A stretch of 50,308 nucleotides of DNA from assembly GCA_034661055.1 (NCBI GenBank), contig JAYEKO010000035.1:1-50308 (forward strand), in the 5' to 3' direction. The translations under genes and the position numbers were made by a program. This document shows positions 48,052 to 50,308 of this stretch, one piece after another (position 1 is the stretch's first letter; each line of letters opens with the position of its first letter). The DNA comes from Campylobacterota bacterium (GTDB lineage: Bacteria; Campylobacterota; Campylobacteria; Campylobacterales; Sulfurimonadaceae). The notes beneath the pieces were generated by a model. That model worked only from the letters and a program-made list of their open reading frames with translations. It did not search any database and was not told the origin of the DNA.

Positions 48052-49263
48052 TTACATCATCTCTTTATTTATGTAACCCTCAGAACTTAATAGTTCTCGT
48101 ATCTGCTTCTGATGCTCTTCACCTTTTGTCTCCAGATGAATCGTCACATTGGCATCACCATAATCAAGGTCAGTAGAAGTCCTATCATAAGCGATTTGTA
48201 CTATATTGGCACTAAGTTCTTTTAGAAGTTCTGTCAGACGCATTAGTGAACCTGGCTTATCTACTAAAGTTACAATTAGCTTCATCTTGCGGTGTGATTT
48301 AATCAGACCTTTTTCAATAATAACTGAAAGAAGCGTTACATCAACATTGCCACCGCTAAGAACAACAGCAATATTCTTACCTTTTAAATTTGGAAGTTTA
48401 CCATGAAGTAGTGCTGCGATGCCAACAGAACCCGCTCCCTCAACTACTAGTTTCTGATTTTCAAGCAGAAATAAAATAGCACTAGCAATCTCTTCATCAT
48501 CGACACTAATAACACGATCCACATGCTCTAAAATATAATCTAAAGTGGTAGTAGATGTATCACGAACTGCAATACCATCAGCAATAGTGCGTACAGATGT
48601 ACTATCTACTGCACGTTTTAGTTCAAAAGAATTTTTAAGAGCTGGTGCACCAGATGCACTAACTCCAATGACTTCAACCCTAGGATTGAGTGCTTTTATG
48701 GCTACAGCAATACCGCTAATAAGTCCACCGCCACCCATAGGCACAACAATGGCATCAAGTGCTTCACATGACTCTAAAACCTCAAGCGCTACAGTACCTT
48801 GTCCAGCAATAACAGCATCATCTTCAAAGGGATGAATAAAGCTTAAGTTATGCTCTTGAGAGTAGGACATAGCGTAAGCGTAGGCTTCATCGTAGTTGCT
48901 GCCTGCTAAGATAACTTTCGCACCAAAATATTTAACCCCATTCACTTTAGTAAGTGGTGTAGACTCCGGCATGACTATGACAGCTGGTATCTCGAAATGC
49001 TGTGCAGATAGTGCTACACCTTGGGCATGATTTCCAGCACTAGCAGCAATAACTCCCCTGACTCGTTCTTCACTACTTAATAGTGAAACTTTATTATATG
49101 CTCCACGAATCTTAAATGCACCCGTAACCTGTAGGTTCTCTTTTTTTAAATATACATTAGCTCCACTGACTTGACTCAATAGTGGAGCATGTGAAAATGG
49201 AGTCTTTACAACAACATCTGCTATTCGCTGTGAAGCCTCTTGTACTGTTTTTAAGGTAATCAA
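48052..49263 (-). CDS. ilvA: Threonine ammonia-lyase with C-terminal ACT domain
   Basis: KENLQVTGAFKIRGA, SAGNHAQG, GGGGL, LSGGN, DKPG. Confidence 0.93.
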   Translation of the reverse strand: MITLKTVQEASQRIADVVVKTPFSHAPLLSQVSGANVYLKKENLQVTGAFKIRGAYNKVSLLSSEERVRGVIAASAGNHAQGVALSAQHFEIPAVIVMPESTPLTKVNGVKYFGAKVILAGSNYDEAYAYAMSYSQEHNLSFIHPFEDDAVIAGQGTVALEVLESCEALDAIVVPMGGGGLISGIAVAIKALNPRVEVIGVSASGAPALKNSFELKRAVDSTSVRTIADGIAVRDTSTTTLDYILEHVDRVISVDDEEIASAILFLLENQKLVVEGAGSVGIAALLHGKLPNLKGKNIAVVLSGGNVDVTLLSVIIEKGLIKSHRKMKLIVTLVDKPGSLMRLTELLKELSANIVQIAYDRTSTDLDYGDANVTIHLETKGEEHQKQIRELLSSEGYINKEMM

Positions 49264-49272
49264 ACTGCTAAC

Positions 49273-49701
49273 CTATACAAGTTCACGGTGCTCAACCATA
49301 CTGCACTGGTTTTGAACCACCTTCATGCCAGCATTTTCTGCTTTTTGTGCAGCTGCATTATTTACGATACCCTTTTGTGCCCAAAATACTTTAATATCTC
49401 CACGTGCAATCGATGCATCTGCAATAAGATCAAGTGCAGCCGGCTTTCTAAAAATATTTACCATATCTACCTCAAATGGAATATCTGCTAATGAACGATA
49501 CACCTTCTCACCTAAGATGGTCTCCTCTTTTGGATAAACAGGAATAATTTTAAAACCCGCTTGCTGTAAATATAGGGCTACTCTATGACTATCTTTTGTG
49601 GCATCAGGGGAGAGACCAAGGACTGCAATGGTCTTTATTGAAGCAAAAATCTCTCTAATCTCTTCTTGATTACTGTTTACGCTGGGAAATTCACATTCCA
49701 T
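49273..49701 (-). CDS. CoA-binding protein (YccU-like)
   Basis: IAVLGLS..., GFKIIPVYP, ILGEKVYRSLADIP, WAQKGI; ATG 49701 fits the AAAGGA RBS. Confidence 0.92.
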   Translation of the reverse strand: MECEFPSVNSNQEEIREIFASIKTIAVLGLSPDATKDSHRVALYLQQAGFKIIPVYPKEETILGEKVYRSLADIPFEVDMVNIFRKPAALDLIADASIARGDIKVFWAQKGIVNNAAAQKAENAGMKVVQNQCSMVEHRELV

Positions 49702-49774
49702 AATCATCCTTTTTCATATCTTATCACCTATTATAGGGCTTAAATCAATTTTTTATGTTATCATCACTTATCGA

Positions 49775-49821
49775 TTTTAGTCCGATTAAATCATTTATAT
49801 CGGACTATCCTCGGACTAAAA
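49775..49821. repeat. Three TCGGACTA motifs (one inverted, two direct); candidate integrase arm-type sites
   Basis: TTTTAGTCCGA 49775-49785, TCGGACTA 49800-49807, TCGGACTAAAA 49811-49821. Confidence 0.6.
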
Positions 49822-49841
49822 CTACATCCAAGGGAGTTATA

Positions 49842-49934
49842 TTGAAAACACTTCCAAAACGTATAGCAACTAAAACAATAGGCGTTTTTTACAAAGAGAT
49901 TATATCGAAAAATAATAAAATTGTAGACAAGGTA
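49842..49934 (+). pseudogene. Truncated 5' end of a gene, probably a tyrosine integrase arm-binding domain
   Basis: GGGAG RBS then TTG; KTLPKRIATKTIGVFYKEIISKNNKIVDKV; the frame then runs into IS30-like sequence and stops at 49967. Confidence 0.4.
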
Positions 49935-49946
49935 GATACAGGTAAA

Positions 49947-50108
49947 ATACCTTTCTTCTATGGTTAAATGTTTATATTTCAATCTTTACTTCCTTATATT
50001 CTGTGGTTAGAATTGAAGAAAGATTTTAACATTTAACCTCTTCAAATCTAAAATTACAATTTTTTATTTTCAAATTTTCAAAAATTGCACTTCAGATTTA
50101 AATTTTGG
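49947..50108 (-). mobile_element. IS30-family remnant: left end plus the first 12 or so transposase codons
   Basis: AAGGA RBS then MKYKHLTIEERY (IS30 N-terminal HTH start); terminal-repeat-like CCAAAATTTAAATCTGAAGTGCAA at 50108-50085. Confidence 0.6.
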
Positions 50109-50146
50109 ATACATTGAAACTAAATATATATTTTAATTTATACTAA

Positions 50147-50178
50147 TTAATCTATATGATATAATACATATAGATTAA
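50147..50178 (+). promoter_or_regulatory. 12-bp perfect inverted repeat enclosing an extended -10 promoter
   Basis: TTAATCTATATG-atataata-CATATAGATTAA; TGaTATAAT at 50157-50165. Confidence 0.7.
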
Positions 50179-50194
50179 AGGTAAAGGATACATA

Positions 50195-50308
50195 ATGCTA
50201 AGTTATGGAATTACAGATATTCAATCAAAGCCTTCACTTATTAAAAGTATGGATATAGGTGAAATTATAGATAAACGAGCTCATACAACTTTAGGTTATT
50301 TTATTTCT
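50195..50308 (+). CDS. 5' part of a small protein, probable Phd/YefM-like antitoxin (runs off the window)
   Basis: AAAGGA RBS; MLSYGITDIQSKPSLIKSMDIGEIIDKRAHTTLGYFIS, open to the window end; not in the ORF track. Confidence 0.55.
   Translation, partial: MLSYGITDIQSKPSLIKSMDIGEIIDKRAHTTLGYFIS

Noticed and set aside
49755..49982. Two overlapping track ORFs (70 and 63 aa) as real genes
   Set aside because: Better explained as joined fragments of an integrase-like gene and an IS30 transposase

Overview
AT-rich (roughly one-third GC, by eye) chromosomal segment of a Campylobacterota bacterium, most like Sulfurimonas/Sulfuricurvum. Most of it is core genes: mltD-rlpA-hisB-kdsC-lptC-lptA-engB-GNAT-mreD-like-mrdA; ybeY and queC; metG-fbp-mobB-yggT-gltX2; flgA-ubiX-coaD-tmk-hisS-speA-cysE-aminotransferase; lpxD-ilvH-ilvI; ilvA. 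Accessory inserts are: (1) a YeeE/YedE transporter plus LytS/LytTR cassette beside tRNA-Glu, carrying a 162-bp MITE-like palindrome; (2) a three-gene operon of unknown membrane proteins; (3) a TonB receptor / YfiR-like / GGDEF-EAL operon whose receptor is frameshifted; (4) a decayed mobile region at the right edge (integrase stub, IS30 end, probable antitoxin). The most notable signals are a strongly over-represented palindrome TACATGTA (15 copies, in two reading frames and between genes), a full-length GluRS2 with all its catalytic motifs altered, a YeeE with its halves swapped, a WD40 propeller fused to four 84-85-aa helical repeats, four operator-like boxes spaced exactly 32 bp apart, and a receiver domain fused to a ribbon-helix-helix. 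All family assignments come from motif recognition by eye; no searches were run.
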